A program made the position numbers and the translations under genes. A stretch of 32,000 bases of DNA, taken from positions 610,206-642,205 of the forward strand of contig CAJGBI010000002.1 in NCBI GenBank assembly GCA_904424815.1, written 5' to 3'. Under the pieces are notes generated by a model that made no database searches, was not told where the DNA came from, and saw only the letters and a program-made list of their open reading frames with translations. Of the stretch, positions 16,452 to 26,106 are shown one piece after another; within the stretch, counting starts at the first letter, position 1, and each line of letters opens with the position of its first letter. The DNA is from Puniceicoccaceae bacterium Marseille-Q1082 (GTDB lineage Bacteria > Verrucomicrobiota > Verrucomicrobiia > Opitutales > Intestinicryptomonadaceae).

Positions 16452-17624
16452 ATGAATAAAAAGGCAAAAGTGGCCGTGGTCGCGGGGACCCGCCCGGAAG
16501 TCATAAAAATGGCTCCCGTGTATCGCGAACTGAAAAAGTCCCCCGTTCTGGACGTCGAGTTCATATCGACCGCCCAGCACAGGCAGATGCTCGACCAGGC
16601 CATGTCCATATTCGGAATATCCGCCGACTTCGACATGGACGCCATGCGCCCGGGGCAATCCCTCAATTCGCTGATGTCGCGGCTGATGGCTTCGTGGGAC
16701 GAATACTTTTCCGCCCGCCGCCCCGACGCGGTTCTGGTGCAGGGCGACACCACCACGGTGCTGGCGACCGCAATAGCGGCATTTCACGCGGGGGTGAAAA
16801 TCGGGCACGTCGAGGCGGGGCTGCGCACTTTCAACATGCGCTCGCCGTTTCCGGAGGAGATGAACCGCCGCCTTTGCGACCCGCTCGCCGACTGGTGCTT
16901 TGCGCCGACGAAATCGAATTGGGACAATCTCGCCCGCGAGGGAATCCCCGCCGAAAAGCGCTTTGTGACGGGCAATACGGTGATAGACTCGCTGCTCTGG
17001 ATGCGCGGCAAGCTCCGCTCCGACGGAGTTTCGGCTTCGGGGGTTGCCGCGCGCTGCTCGATTCCCGAAGATTTCTCAAAAAAATATTTGGAGGGCGGCG
17101 CGCCGTGGATTCTCGTCACGGGGCACAGGCGCGAAAATTTCGGAAAAGGTTTTGAAAACCTGTGCCTAGCCCTGGGAACGCTCTCCGAGAAATATCCGGA
17201 CGCCGGAATCCTCTATCCAGTCCACCTGAACCCCAATGTGCAGGAGCCCGTGCGCAGGCTGCTTTCGGGGCGCGCGCGGATAGCGCTGATTCCGCCCGTC
17301 GGCTACGAGGACTTCATCTGGCTGATGGACCGATGCGCTTTCGCCATATCCGACAGCGGCGGCGTGCAGGAGGAGGCCCCGAGCCTCGGCAAGCCCGTCA
17401 TCGTCACGCGCGACTCTACCGAGCGGCCCGAGGGCGTGGAGGCGGGGACGTGCGTTCTCGCGGGCACCGACCCCGAAAAAATCGTCTCCGAGGCGTCCGT
17501 TCTGCTCTCCGATCCTGCGGAATACGCGCGCAGGAGCTCTTTGAAAAACCCGTACGGCGACGGGCGGGCGGCGGAAAAAATAAGGGAAATTTTGGAAAAA
17601 TCGCCATGCTTGCGGACTCTCTGA
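16452..17624 (+). CDS. wecB: UDP-N-acetylglucosamine 2-epimerase (non-hydrolysing)
   Basis: VAVVAGTRPEVIKMAPVYREL, VQGDTTTVLATAIAAFHAGVKIGHVEAGLRTFNMRSPFPEEMNRRL, ISDSGGVQEEAPSLGKPVIVTRDSTERPEG. Confidence 0.96.
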   Translation: MNKKAKVAVVAGTRPEVIKMAPVYRELKKSPVLDVEFISTAQHRQMLDQAMSIFGISADFDMDAMRPGQSLNSLMSRLMASWDEYFSARRPDAVLVQGDTTTVLATAIAAFHAGVKIGHVEAGLRTFNMRSPFPEEMNRRLCDPLADWCFAPTKSNWDNLAREGIPAEKRFVTGNTVIDSLLWMRGKLRSDGVSASGVAARCSIPEDFSKKYLEGGAPWILVTGHRRENFGKGFENLCLALGTLSEKYPDAGILYPVHLNPNVQEPVRRLLSGRARIALIPPVGYEDFIWLMDRCAFAISDSGGVQEEAPSLGKPVIVTRDSTERPEGVEAGTCVLAGTDPEKIVSEASVLLSDPAEYARRSSLKNPYGDGRAAEKIREILEKSPCLRTL

Positions 17625-18757
17625 CAATCGCGACAATCCCCCTGTACGACAATTCCGCGAAAGCCTACAAGCTCGGCGGCGTCGAAAGCTACATGCGCGC
17701 GCTCGCAAAGGCCGCGCACGAGAGGGGCGCGAAGGTTGACGCCTACCAGATTTCCGACTCCGAATGGACGCGCGACGAGGGTTTTTTCACCCTGCACGGC
17801 GTTCCGGTGAAGGGGGGATTTTTCAAGCCCGCAAACCAAAAGCTCTTTGAATACGCGCGCGAGAGGGCGTCGGAGAGGGGGGCGATAGTCATATCGGGCG
17901 ACCACATGAACGTCAAGACCCGCGACCCGCGCGCGATAGTGGTCGAGCACGGCATCGCGTTCGACTACCCGATAAGCGGAAGCGGCCCGGCGTTTTGGCT
18001 CAAATCCTTCATAAAACTTTTGCGCTGCGTGCGCAACGTCGCAAGGTTCCAGTATGTCAACAACACCGTGTGCGTGGACTACAACCACTTCAACTGGCTG
18101 AGAACCATATCGTCTCCGCGGGACGGCGCGCGCATGAAGGTAATCCCCAACTTCTGCTCCGGCTTCATTCCCGACGCGGAGTTTGAGGAAAAGCTCGCTT
18201 CGCGCAGAACCCGCAAAAGGCGCATAGTGTTCGCCCGCAGGTTCGTGTGGTACAGGGGAACGGAGCTCTTTGCGAACGTGGCGGAACGCCTGCTGCGGGA
18301 GTTCGGCGACATCGAAATAACCTTTGCCGGCGAGGGCCCGCAGGAGGGGATTTTGCGCGAAAAGTTCGGTTCCTCCGAAAACGTCAAAATAACATCGTTC
18401 CATCCGGACGAGACTTTCGAGTTCCACAAGGGCTTCGACTTGGCCGTGGTTCCGACGATATTTTCCGAGGGCACTTCGCTCTCGCTCATAGAGGCGATGG
18501 GCGCGGGGTGCCTGCCGGTCTGCACGCACGTGGGCGGCATGACCAACATAGTTGTGGACGGTTTCAACGGGATGATGTCCTACCCCGACGAGGATTCGTT
18601 TTACGAGTGCGTCCGCGGCGCGCTGCTTGCGGCTCCCGAAAGGTTCGACGCCATGGCGCGCAACGCGCGGGAGACCGCCCAAATGGGGCTCGACTACAGG
18701 TCGTGGTCGGAAAAGTGGATTTCTTTTATAGACCGGACGGTCGCGGCTCTCGGCTGA
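17606..18757 (+). CDS. Glycosyltransferase family 4-type
   Basis: MLADSLTIATIPLYDNSAKAYKLGGVESYMRALAKAAHERGAKVD..., RRIVFARRFVWYRGTELF, VVPTIFSEGTSLSLIEAMGAGCLPVCTHVGGMTNIVVDGFNG. Confidence 0.88.
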   Translation: MLADSLTIATIPLYDNSAKAYKLGGVESYMRALAKAAHERGAKVDAYQISDSEWTRDEGFFTLHGVPVKGGFFKPANQKLFEYARERASERGAIVISGDHMNVKTRDPRAIVVEHGIAFDYPISGSGPAFWLKSFIKLLRCVRNVARFQYVNNTVCVDYNHFNWLRTISSPRDGARMKVIPNFCSGFIPDAEFEEKLASRRTRKRRIVFARRFVWYRGTELFANVAERLLREFGDIEITFAGEGPQEGILREKFGSSENVKITSFHPDETFEFHKGFDLAVVPTIFSEGTSLSLIEAMGAGCLPVCTHVGGMTNIVVDGFNGMMSYPDEDSFYECVRGALLAAPERFDAMARNARETAQMGLDYRSWSEKWISFIDRTVAALG

Positions 18758-18779
18758 AATTTTTTTAGGGAAGGCGAAA

Positions 18780-20039
18780 ATGAAATTATTTGCGGAAAAA
18801 GACACGCCGTTTCTTCTTTGCAAGTCCGACAGAATATTGGTGTTCATAATGTTCTTTTCGTACTTCTTTTTCTACGGGCTGCTGAACCTAAACTTCTTTC
18901 TGGAAATTCCCACGGGCATACCGTCGGGGCTGATGAGGCTCACGACTTTCGGGCTCGCCGGATTTTTCGTTTTGAAAGACTTTTCAAACGGCGAGTACCC
19001 GAGAATGACGGCTTCCATAATCTGCCTCGGGGTGTTTTTGCTGTATTACTTCTGCGTGTTCGTCGTGGACGAAAACGTTTTCGGGGCAAATTTCGACATG
19101 TCCACCGGCAGTTCGATGCAGAGGGGCAAACTGGAGGTGGCATACCTGTTTTTCATATCGGCGCTCTCGTACTTCCTGATGTTTTTCGCCGGCCGCAGGC
19201 GCATGGCGTACGTGCTCGCAAACCCGTCCCTCGTCTACATTCCGTCGCTGCTTTCGGTGCTGATAATCATCCTTACCAACATAAGGGCGTTCGGCACCAT
19301 GGACCTCTACCAGACATACCTCTACGACTTCGGCGACGTCAGGCGCGCGGCGATAATCGGTCCGGTGATGAACCTCATAATGGTTTCCCCATACCTCATG
19401 TTCTTTTCGAGAAACAAGCTGTGCAACTTTTTCTGGGGGCCCCTCGGCTGCGCCGCCGCCCTCGCGTGCGTGCTCATCAGCGACAGCCGCACGACTATCG
19501 TCACGATGTTCCTCGTATTGGCGTTTTATGCGGTGGTCTCAATCCGCCAGATATATTCCACGGTCTACGCGATCGTGGTATATGCGGCGGGGGCTGCGGT
19601 GTTCATACCGTATCTTGTGATGTCAAAGGCATTTGAGAGGTTTGCGAATCTCGAAAACATTTTGGACTACAACCTTAAGGCGGACGACCAGCTCTCGCGC
19701 ATAGGGCTTATAAAGGACGGCCTTTCGCAGTTTCTCGACAGCCCGATTATCGGCGGGCACATCTATCTCATAGGCGGGGGATATTCGCATTGCACGCCGG
19801 TTACCATCATGTATTCTACGGGGCTAGTTGGGCTTTCCCTGATATTGGTCGCCGTCGGCGGCATAATAAGGGGTGCGTTCGCGATAAGGGAGATTTTCCG
19901 CGAAAAGTGCATCTGGATTTTCGCCCTCGCGGTGGTGGACATCTGCGGGATGATGATAAACGGCGACACCATGGCGTTTTTCTGCGGCAGCTTTTCCGCG
20001 CTTCTTATGGCAAACGCATTCGCCGCCGACCGCAGGTAG
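18780..20039 (+). CDS. Polytopic membrane protein, O-antigen/oligosaccharide polymerase-like (Wzy)
   Basis: 419 aa, about 10-12 hydrophobic segments; large loop before final TMs; position between glycosyltransferases and flippase. Confidence 0.6.
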   Translation: MKLFAEKDTPFLLCKSDRILVFIMFFSYFFFYGLLNLNFFLEIPTGIPSGLMRLTTFGLAGFFVLKDFSNGEYPRMTASIICLGVFLLYYFCVFVVDENVFGANFDMSTGSSMQRGKLEVAYLFFISALSYFLMFFAGRRRMAYVLANPSLVYIPSLLSVLIIILTNIRAFGTMDLYQTYLYDFGDVRRAAIIGPVMNLIMVSPYLMFFSRNKLCNFFWGPLGCAAALACVLISDSRTTIVTMFLVLAFYAVVSIRQIYSTVYAIVVYAAGAAVFIPYLVMSKAFERFANLENILDYNLKADDQLSRIGLIKDGLSQFLDSPIIGGHIYLIGGGYSHCTPVTIMYSTGLVGLSLILVAVGGIIRGAFAIREIFREKCIWIFALAVVDICGMMINGDTMAFFCGSFSALLMANAFAADRR

Positions 20040-20040
20040 G

Positions 20041-21024
20041 CTACCGCACGATAGTCGGGAAGATTTTGTTGAGGCAGAATTTTATCGGAACCGCCGCGAG
20101 GAGGGCCGCCGCCATCAAAAGCAGGTTTATTGCGAGCGTCCGCGCGGTAAAAGTTTCAGGATAGCTTATCGAGAAAAATATTTTGAGCGCCCCGCGGCAC
20201 CACGAATAGACTATGAGGTGCGTGCAGAATATCGTGAGAGTGTTCGCGGCTATCCACCGCACGGGCGCGCAGTACGGTATGCGTTTTGCAAGCAACGCTA
20301 TTCCGCCGCAGCCCGCTATCGATATCGGAATGTACAGCAGCGGGTTGCCGAAGCGCATTGTCGCCATTTCATACGGCAGGTTGAAGGGGCACGCGAAGAA
20401 CGCGGCTGCGCAGAGAGCCAGCCCCGCCATGGGCGCAAGCGGCGAATCCGCCGCTTTGAACGCCTCCGGCTTTTGCGAGTGGGCGCGCATCAGCAGGCTG
20501 CCGAGCTCGAAGTAAAAGAGGGCGACCAGCGCGATGTTTGCGCACCAGAATCCCTCCGTGCCCCGCAATAGCCACGCCGCGCAAACGGCGATTGCGAGCG
20601 TGAACGGAAGCAGGAATTTCGGCGAGCGCGAAATTTTCCCCGACAGAAAGCAGAATATTGAGGCGAAAAACAGCGCGGACAAAAACCACAGCACCGAGAG
20701 GTTTCCGAGGGCGAACCTTTTCAGGATTTCGGCAAAGTCTATTTCCATGCGGCCGTATTTTGCAAACTGGGCGTATACGCAGTAGTGCGCCAGCAGCAGC
20801 GCGCCGAATATGAAATACGGCAGGATCAGGCGCTTGAACTGGCGCTTTGCGAAGTCGGAAAACCGCCCGTCCAGCCCTTTGGCGAACGCGCCGGAAATTA
20901 TGAAAAACAGCGGCATGTGGAAGCTGTAAATCCAGTGGATTGCGCCGGCGGGAAATGTGAGGTGTCCGGCGAGGACGAGCAGTATCGCCGCGAATTTTAT
21001 CTTGTCGGGGAGTTCGTATCTCAT
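20041..21024 (-). CDS. Acyltransferase family 3 membrane protein
   Basis: MRYELPDKIKFAAILLVLAGHLTFPAGAIHWIYSFHMPLFFIISGAFAKG; IKFAAI..VLAGH and FHMPLFFIISGA are typical of acyltransferase-3 proteins. Confidence 0.85.
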   Translation of the reverse strand: MRYELPDKIKFAAILLVLAGHLTFPAGAIHWIYSFHMPLFFIISGAFAKGLDGRFSDFAKRQFKRLILPYFIFGALLLAHYCVYAQFAKYGRMEIDFAEILKRFALGNLSVLWFLSALFFASIFCFLSGKISRSPKFLLPFTLAIAVCAAWLLRGTEGFWCANIALVALFYFELGSLLMRAHSQKPEAFKAADSPLAPMAGLALCAAAFFACPFNLPYEMATMRFGNPLLYIPISIAGCGGIALLAKRIPYCAPVRWIAANTLTIFCTHLIVYSWCRGALKIFFSISYPETFTARTLAINLLLMAAALLAAVPIKFCLNKIFPTIVR

Positions 21025-21025
21025 T

Positions 21026-22273
21026 TTATTTTGCGCGGAATTCCCTGCCGCGAATTATGAAGAGCCTCTGCGTGAGTAGCGCGTATTCCGCCAGCACAGC
21101 GACGGCGGCGACGGAATATACGGAGATCGCGCCGCAGAAGTACAACCCGAATACGAGGCAGACGTAAAATACCGAAGTCCACACGGAGGTTTTTATGACG
21201 ATGGAGTTCGACTTTATCGCGCCTATGAGCGGGAAGCCGAGCAGTATTGCCGGAATGGTCGCGTAGGATTTGAGCATTATTATGCGCATCGCGTCTATTA
21301 TCTCGCGCGAGGGCGTGTTGTAGAAGAGGTCTATTATCAGCGGCGCAAACGCGATGGCGATTGTCGCGAAAACCGCGCTCGCTGCCGACGCCGCGAAAAA
21401 TATTTTCCAGAAAAGCCCCAGGTTTTTCCGCTTTATCATGTACGGGTACATGGCAATCTGTATGGGCTGGATTACGGCGTTGTAGGCGTCCACGAGCTTT
21501 CGGGCGGCGGAATAGACGCCGGTCGCCGCGTTGCCGCCCACCAGCCCGAGCAGGAATGTTCCCGACTCCGCTTGCAGCGTATTGCAGAAGTTTACGAGCG
21601 CGAACGGCGAGCTCCCGCGTATGTGTTTCCAAATCTGCCCGATCCCAGCGAATCTGAACGCCATTCCGAATTTTATGTGCGCCACGGCTATGCCTATTGC
21701 GCCGCTGAGCAGGCTGCCGAGCGAGTAGCAGAGCGGGGGGATCCAGACGTCTTCGGGGCCCCTCACGACGAAGAACATCGGCACCATCGTGAGCGTGCGC
21801 GCCGAGAGCGTGATGTAGGTTATGAACTTCATCTTCTCCACCGCCTGGAAAAACCACGAAGGGAAGAGCGCCTCCCCCACTACTATGCCGAAGTAGAGAA
21901 AGTAAACTTCGCGGTGGGCGTGGAAGGCCTCGAAGCGGAAGACTATCGCCGCCATGGCGGCGAACGCGGCGGCGGCGAAGGCGAGCTTTGCGGAAATGAC
22001 CGACCAGAACGCCTCGCGCGTCTTTTGCGCGTCGGAGATATTGGAAGCTATGTAGTGGGTCGTGTAGAAATTGAATCCGAATTGCGTGAACGCCATGAAG
22101 TACCCTATGAACGCCTGCGCGAAGTACACCAGCCCGAACATTTCCACCCCGAGCGTCCTGAACAGGAACGGAATGAGAATCAGCGGCACGATGTAGTCGA
22201 ACCCCTTTATGGCCGACAGGCTCAAAAGGTTTTTGAACAGGGGGGAAGCGAGTGTGCGGCGCAGGATTCGCAT
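21026..22273 (-). CDS. Polysaccharide biosynthesis flippase (Wzx-like)
   Basis: 415 aa; ...FKNLLSLSAIKGFDYIVPLILIPFLFRTLGVEMFGLVYFAQAFIGYFMAFTQFGFNYYTTH-like start, polytopic MATE/Wzx pattern. Confidence 0.85.
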   Translation of the reverse strand: MRILRRTLASPLFKNLLSLSAIKGFDYIVPLILIPFLFRTLGVEMFGLVYFAQAFIGYFMAFTQFGFNFYTTHYIASNISDAQKTREAFWSVISAKLAFAAAAFAAMAAIVFRFEAFHAHREVYFLYFGIVVGEALFPSWFFQAVEKMKFITYITLSARTLTMVPMFFVVRGPEDVWIPPLCYSLGSLLSGAIGIAVAHIKFGMAFRFAGIGQIWKHIRGSSPFALVNFCNTLQAESGTFLLGLVGGNAATGVYSAARKLVDAYNAVIQPIQIAMYPYMIKRKNLGLFWKIFFAASAASAVFATIAIAFAPLIIDLFYNTPSREIIDAMRIIMLKSYATIPAILLGFPLIGAIKSNSIVIKTSVWTSVFYVCLVFGLYFCGAISVYSVAAVAVLAEYALLTQRLFIIRGREFRAK

Positions 22274-22276
22274 CTG

Positions 22277-23497
22277 TTATTTTTGCAGCCTTGCGCTGAA
22301 TTTTTTCAGGGCGTTTTTGGCGGGGGCGGGCATGGGGACGCGCCTTATGGCGAACGACAGCGCCCTTTCAAAAAGCGACGGCATTTTGACGAATTTTTTC
22401 AGGGCGGGCAGCATTCCCTCCTCCCGCGCGAATTTCAAAAATTCCGCACGCGGCGCGCCGGACGGCTCGCGCACGCCTTTTAGCGGTCCGACGCATTCGT
22501 AGGCGGGCGCTATTTCAAATTCCTTCGTTTTCCCGAGGGCGGAGATTTGCGGCAGGAGCTTTGCCGCCCTTTCCGTATTGGCGCAAACGAGCGAGCAGCC
22601 GCGCCCCGCGCTGAACTCCTCCGAGAGCCTTTCAATTCCCCAGAAGTCGGCTATCGTAAAGTCGGCAACGCGCTCTTTGCCCGAAAAGCGGCACGAGCCG
22701 CATGACTCCCTTGTGAAAAGCCCCTTTACGAATCCCCAGTAAAGTATGTCGTGGTCTATTTTTTTCTTGGAGCCGTCGGCGAACCTGAATTCGGCAAACG
22801 AGCTGCGGTCGGTTCCGAATCTCCTGCCCTTGTTTCTGAAAGAGTATCCGGAGATTTTTTTGCCGTAGAGTTTCTCGCAGCCGCGCAGGTAGCTTTCGGT
22901 CAGCTTTGAATTGCTCACGCCGTGGCAGGCGACGTCCACCGTCAGCAGGGTTTCATAGTCCTTTTTCAGAAACAGTTTCAGCGCCGCGATTTGGCACGCC
23001 GTCCCCGAGAAGAGAACCTTTTTTCCGTCGCGCAGTCTGGCGCGGGTTTTCAAAAAAATCCCCGACGTGCGGCTTTGCAGGTATTTCGACTTTCTAAACT
23101 TCCCGATTTCGGAGAGGCTTTCAATTTCGGAGTGGGCGGCCTCCGAGCGCGACGCGGACTCCACGCCGAAAATCGCGCATTTTTCGTCCCCGCCGCAAAA
23201 CGCCTGCGCTATCGCGGTGAACGCCCCTCCCGACGAGCTTTCGGCAAAAACCTTTTCGTCGTTGTGGACAAAGGCGTGAGTTGAGATTATCCCCGAGAAG
23301 AGCCCGCGCGAATTTTCCCCCGCTACCGGACAGACGGAGGCGCACATCCCGCAGTCAACGCAGGCGGAGGCGTCGAGTTCGGGGTATTCAAACCCGTCCG
23401 CGTCGGGGGCCATCGCGAGCGCGGACTTTGGGCAGACTTCCGCGCAGGCCGCGCATCCGCAGCAGTCTTTGCGCTCTATTCCGGTTTTGAGCTTCAT
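22277..23497 (-). CDS. Coenzyme F420 hydrogenase/dehydrogenase beta-subunit-like protein with 4Fe-4S motifs (polysaccharide-associated)
   Basis: Start MKLKTGIERKDCCGCAACAEVCPKSALAM...CVDCGMCASVCPVAG (two CxxCxxCxxxC clusters), VLFSGTACQIAALKLFL, CHGVSNSKLTESYL; 4-bp overlap with the next gene. Confidence 0.87.
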   Translation of the reverse strand: MKLKTGIERKDCCGCAACAEVCPKSALAMAPDADGFEYPELDASACVDCGMCASVCPVAGENSRGLFSGIISTHAFVHNDEKVFAESSSGGAFTAIAQAFCGGDEKCAIFGVESASRSEAAHSEIESLSEIGKFRKSKYLQSRTSGIFLKTRARLRDGKKVLFSGTACQIAALKLFLKKDYETLLTVDVACHGVSNSKLTESYLRGCEKLYGKKISGYSFRNKGRRFGTDRSSFAEFRFADGSKKKIDHDILYWGFVKGLFTRESCGSCRFSGKERVADFTIADFWGIERLSEEFSAGRGCSLVCANTERAAKLLPQISALGKTKEFEIAPAYECVGPLKGVREPSGAPRAEFLKFAREEGMLPALKKFVKMPSLFERALSFAIRRVPMPAPAKNALKKFSARLQK

Positions 23498-24618
23498 TTT
23501 TTCAGTTCCGTGCCGAGGGCGCATTTCAAATAGTTTTGGGATTTCGCGAGCTCTTCGGCAAATTTGGCGTCCGCGCGCGAATAGTCCAAATCTCCGGATG
23601 CCGGCGAAGGGTTTGAGGCGGAAATTATCCGGTCCGGCGGAAGTCCGAACCTCTCGAAAATGTCGTCTATGCGCGTGTCGAAAGGGTTGCTTTTTATCGC
23701 GTATACGTCCTTTCTGAAATGCAGCCCGAAGGCGGCGCCGTGGAAGGAACTCGCGACGACCGCCTTCGCGTTGACGAGGAGGTTCAGGAACTCGCGCGGG
23801 CCCGCGTCGAATACGGTTTTGTCTACGCCAAGCCCGTAGTTGTCGGCGATTCCGAGCGCGATGGAGGCCGCCGGCAGTCCGTACCGCTTTTTTACCGCGC
23901 GCAGGGTCTGCCGCGCGAGCTTCCTGTCGGGCAGCACGAGATACGCGAAAATATAGTCTCCCTTTAATATGGGCTCCGCATCCATTTGGCTTTTCCACCA
24001 TTCGGGCGAGTGGAGAAATATCGGGTCGAGGACCGCTTCGACGGGCTCTTGGAGTATTTCGGAAAGTCTTTCGGCGCCCGATTTCTCGCGGCACGACAAA
24101 AAGTCTATTCCCGAGATTATCCGCCGCATGTTTTCCGCCTCGTCAGCCGATATCTGCGATGTCCCCACGCTCGGGGCGTAGGCGACGGTGCGCTTTCCTA
24201 ATCCTTTTGCAAAGCACAGCCCGCGGGCGGGGACGATGTACCTGGGGTGCCAGATGGCGTCGCTGCCCGCAACGTATGCGTCGAAAACCGGAGGGTCGCG
24301 GTTTATGGCGTCTTCGCCGACGTATTCGCGCGTGAGGCGCCAGCCGCTCCTGAATTGCGCGAACCTCTCGCGCGACTTTTCGATGTTGCGCGCATTGGCA
24401 AATCTTGCGAGGTTTCCGAGAATCCGCCTCGGCAGCTTTGAAAGCCCGTCGACTTTCCAGTCGTATTTTGAATTGTATATGCGGCGCAGCCCCGGGAGCC
24501 AATAGTTTATCACGCTCGTTTTTGCGCCGAGCTCGTTCAGGCGGGCGTACAGTGAAAACGCCTGCAAGTCCGAGCCGAAATTGCGGAGGTTGTGCTGTGT
24601 TATAAGGCCTACGTCCAT
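23494..24618 (-). CDS. Polysaccharide pyruvyl transferase family protein
   Basis: MDVGLITQHNLRNFGSDLQAFSLYARLNELGAKTSVINYW..., LVNAKAVVASSFHGAAFGLHF, DIFERFGLP. Confidence 0.87.
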   Translation of the reverse strand: MDVGLITQHNLRNFGSDLQAFSLYARLNELGAKTSVINYWLPGLRRIYNSKYDWKVDGLSKLPRRILGNLARFANARNIEKSRERFAQFRSGWRLTREYVGEDAINRDPPVFDAYVAGSDAIWHPRYIVPARGLCFAKGLGKRTVAYAPSVGTSQISADEAENMRRIISGIDFLSCREKSGAERLSEILQEPVEAVLDPIFLHSPEWWKSQMDAEPILKGDYIFAYLVLPDRKLARQTLRAVKKRYGLPAASIALGIADNYGLGVDKTVFDAGPREFLNLLVNAKAVVASSFHGAAFGLHFRKDVYAIKSNPFDTRIDDIFERFGLPPDRIISASNPSPASGDLDYSRADAKFAEELAKSQNYLKCALGTELKK

Positions 24619-24657
24619 GCCGAGAGCGCAGTAAATTAAAGCCGCAGTATATTTGCG

Positions 24658-24690
24658 CGCGCGAAAGAATGTCGAGCATTCTTTTGCGCG
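24658..24690. promoter_or_regulatory. Strong 14-bp hairpin in the divergent intergenic region
   Basis: CGCGCGAAAGAATG-tcgag-CATTCTTTTGCGCG; 14 positions pair, one as G.U. Confidence 0.55.
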
Positions 24691-24708
24691 GCGCGGGCGG
24701 CAGCATTT

Positions 24709-24736
24709 TTGTTGCAATGCGGGGGCGCCGTAAAAT
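24709..24736 (+). promoter_or_regulatory. Candidate sigma70-like promoter for the O-antigen-ligase-like gene
   Basis: TTGTTG - 16 nt - TAAAAT, just upstream of ATG 24748. Confidence 0.3.
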
Positions 24737-24747
24737 AGAAAAGGGCA

Positions 24748-26106
24748 ATGGATGCACTCGTGAAAAACCGCTTTGCGCGGCGCGGCGCGCTGTTTGCGCT
24801 ATGCGCGCAGACCGTATTGGCGACATGGCTGCTTTCGGGCACGCGGCCGGAATTTCTGCTGCCGATGTTCGCGGCCGCCCTTATCGCGTTCGCATTTTGC
24901 GTCGCGGGGGGAATGTTCGCGCGCGACGGGGTTTTTGCCAAAACCCTCGCGTTCGCGTCGCTCTTTTTCATAATAGTTTGCGCCGTCCAATATTTCAACC
25001 CGTTCGCGGAGTATGTGGTTCGCGAAAAGTTTTCGTTTCTTGCGGGGCGCGCGCACGTCGAATGGCTGCCCGTTTCCGTCCGCGCGGAGTTTGCGCAGGG
25101 CAACGCGCTCTCGTCGCTGTGCGTTTTGCTCGCGGCCTTCCTGACCACGCTTTCGGCGGCGGCGTTTTCCTCCGACCGGCGGGCGATGCGCGGGCTGCTT
25201 GCGCTGTTTGCAGTCAATACCCTTTTGATGGGTGCGTTCGCCGTGTGGCAGCAGGCGGAGAAAATCCCAATGCCTTACGGGATTTTCCACACGCGGGCGG
25301 GCTTCTACGGGAGTTTCTTTCTTTCCAACGCGGCGGGGGCGTACCTGAATATGGGGGTTGCGGCGCTCGCCGCATGCGCCGCCGCGTTTGCGCGGCGAGG
25401 AGCTGCTGGCGGGGCGTTTGCGGCGTTTTGCGCGGCGGGAGCGGCGTTCGCCTCGTACGCTTCGGTCCGCTCGGGAAGCCAGGGGGCGGCGATAATATGC
25501 GCGCTCTTGTGGTGCGCGATTTTCATTGCCGCCGCATGGCGCGGACTCGCCTGCGCTTTCGGCGAAAAAATTTCTGCGGCCGCGCTTTCGCTCTTCCTGC
25601 TCGCTGCGGGGGCGGCCGCGGCATTTTGCGCGGCGGACGTTTTAGAGCCGTCGGATTTGCTCTCCGACCGCCAGATTGAGGAATCGGCAGTATCGCGCAT
25701 TGCGATATACAAGTCCGCCGTTCCGCTCGCCAAAGAGCGTCCCGTGTGGGGCGCGGGCGGCGAGTGTTCGAGGTATATTCTTCCGATGATCCGCAAGCCA
25801 GGGGCGTCGTCGGTTGCGGAGGCCCCGAGCAGGCCCCATTCGGACGCGCTCGAATACGTTTTGGATTTCGGCATTTCGGGTGCGGCGGTTTTGGCGGCGT
25901 GCGGCGCGGCGTGGGCGGCGCAGATATGGAAAAACAGGCGCGCGCTCGGCTTCGCAAACGCCGTGTGCGCGGCGGGCGCGCTGTCGTGCCTCGCCCACGG
26001 AACTTTCGACATGGAGTTGCACATACCGTCCACAATGATCGCTTTCGGGCTGATGTGCGTGTTCTCATTTTCTCCGTTCAACAGGGGAGGCCGCCGTGAA
26101 GTATAA
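24748..26106 (+). CDS. O-antigen ligase/polymerase-like membrane protein
   Basis: 452 aa polytopic; SRIAIYKSAVPLAKERPVWGAGGECSRYILPMI and a D...H...N-style loop 'APSRPHSDALEYVLDFGISGAAVL' typical of WaaL/Wzy-C family. Confidence 0.8.
   Translation: MDALVKNRFARRGALFALCAQTVLATWLLSGTRPEFLLPMFAAALIAFAFCVAGGMFARDGVFAKTLAFASLFFIIVCAVQYFNPFAEYVVREKFSFLAGRAHVEWLPVSVRAEFAQGNALSSLCVLLAAFLTTLSAAAFSSDRRAMRGLLALFAVNTLLMGAFAVWQQAEKIPMPYGIFHTRAGFYGSFFLSNAAGAYLNMGVAALAACAAAFARRGAAGGAFAAFCAAGAAFASYASVRSGSQGAAIICALLWCAIFIAAAWRGLACAFGEKISAAALSLFLLAAGAAAAFCAADVLEPSDLLSDRQIEESAVSRIAIYKSAVPLAKERPVWGAGGECSRYILPMIRKPGASSVAEAPSRPHSDALEYVLDFGISGAAVLAACGAAWAAQIWKNRRALGFANAVCAAGALSCLAHGTFDMELHIPSTMIAFGLMCVFSFSPFNRGGRREV

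Noticed and set aside
17303-18847. 514-aa minus-strand ORF antisense to a glycosyltransferase
   Set aside because: Spurious GC-driven antisense ORF; the plus-strand product has clear GT4 motifs.
24669-25679. 336-aa plus-strand ORF overlapping the ligase-like gene
   Set aside because: Gly/Arg/Cys-rich shadow of the polytopic membrane protein, and its start overlaps the hairpin/promoter region.
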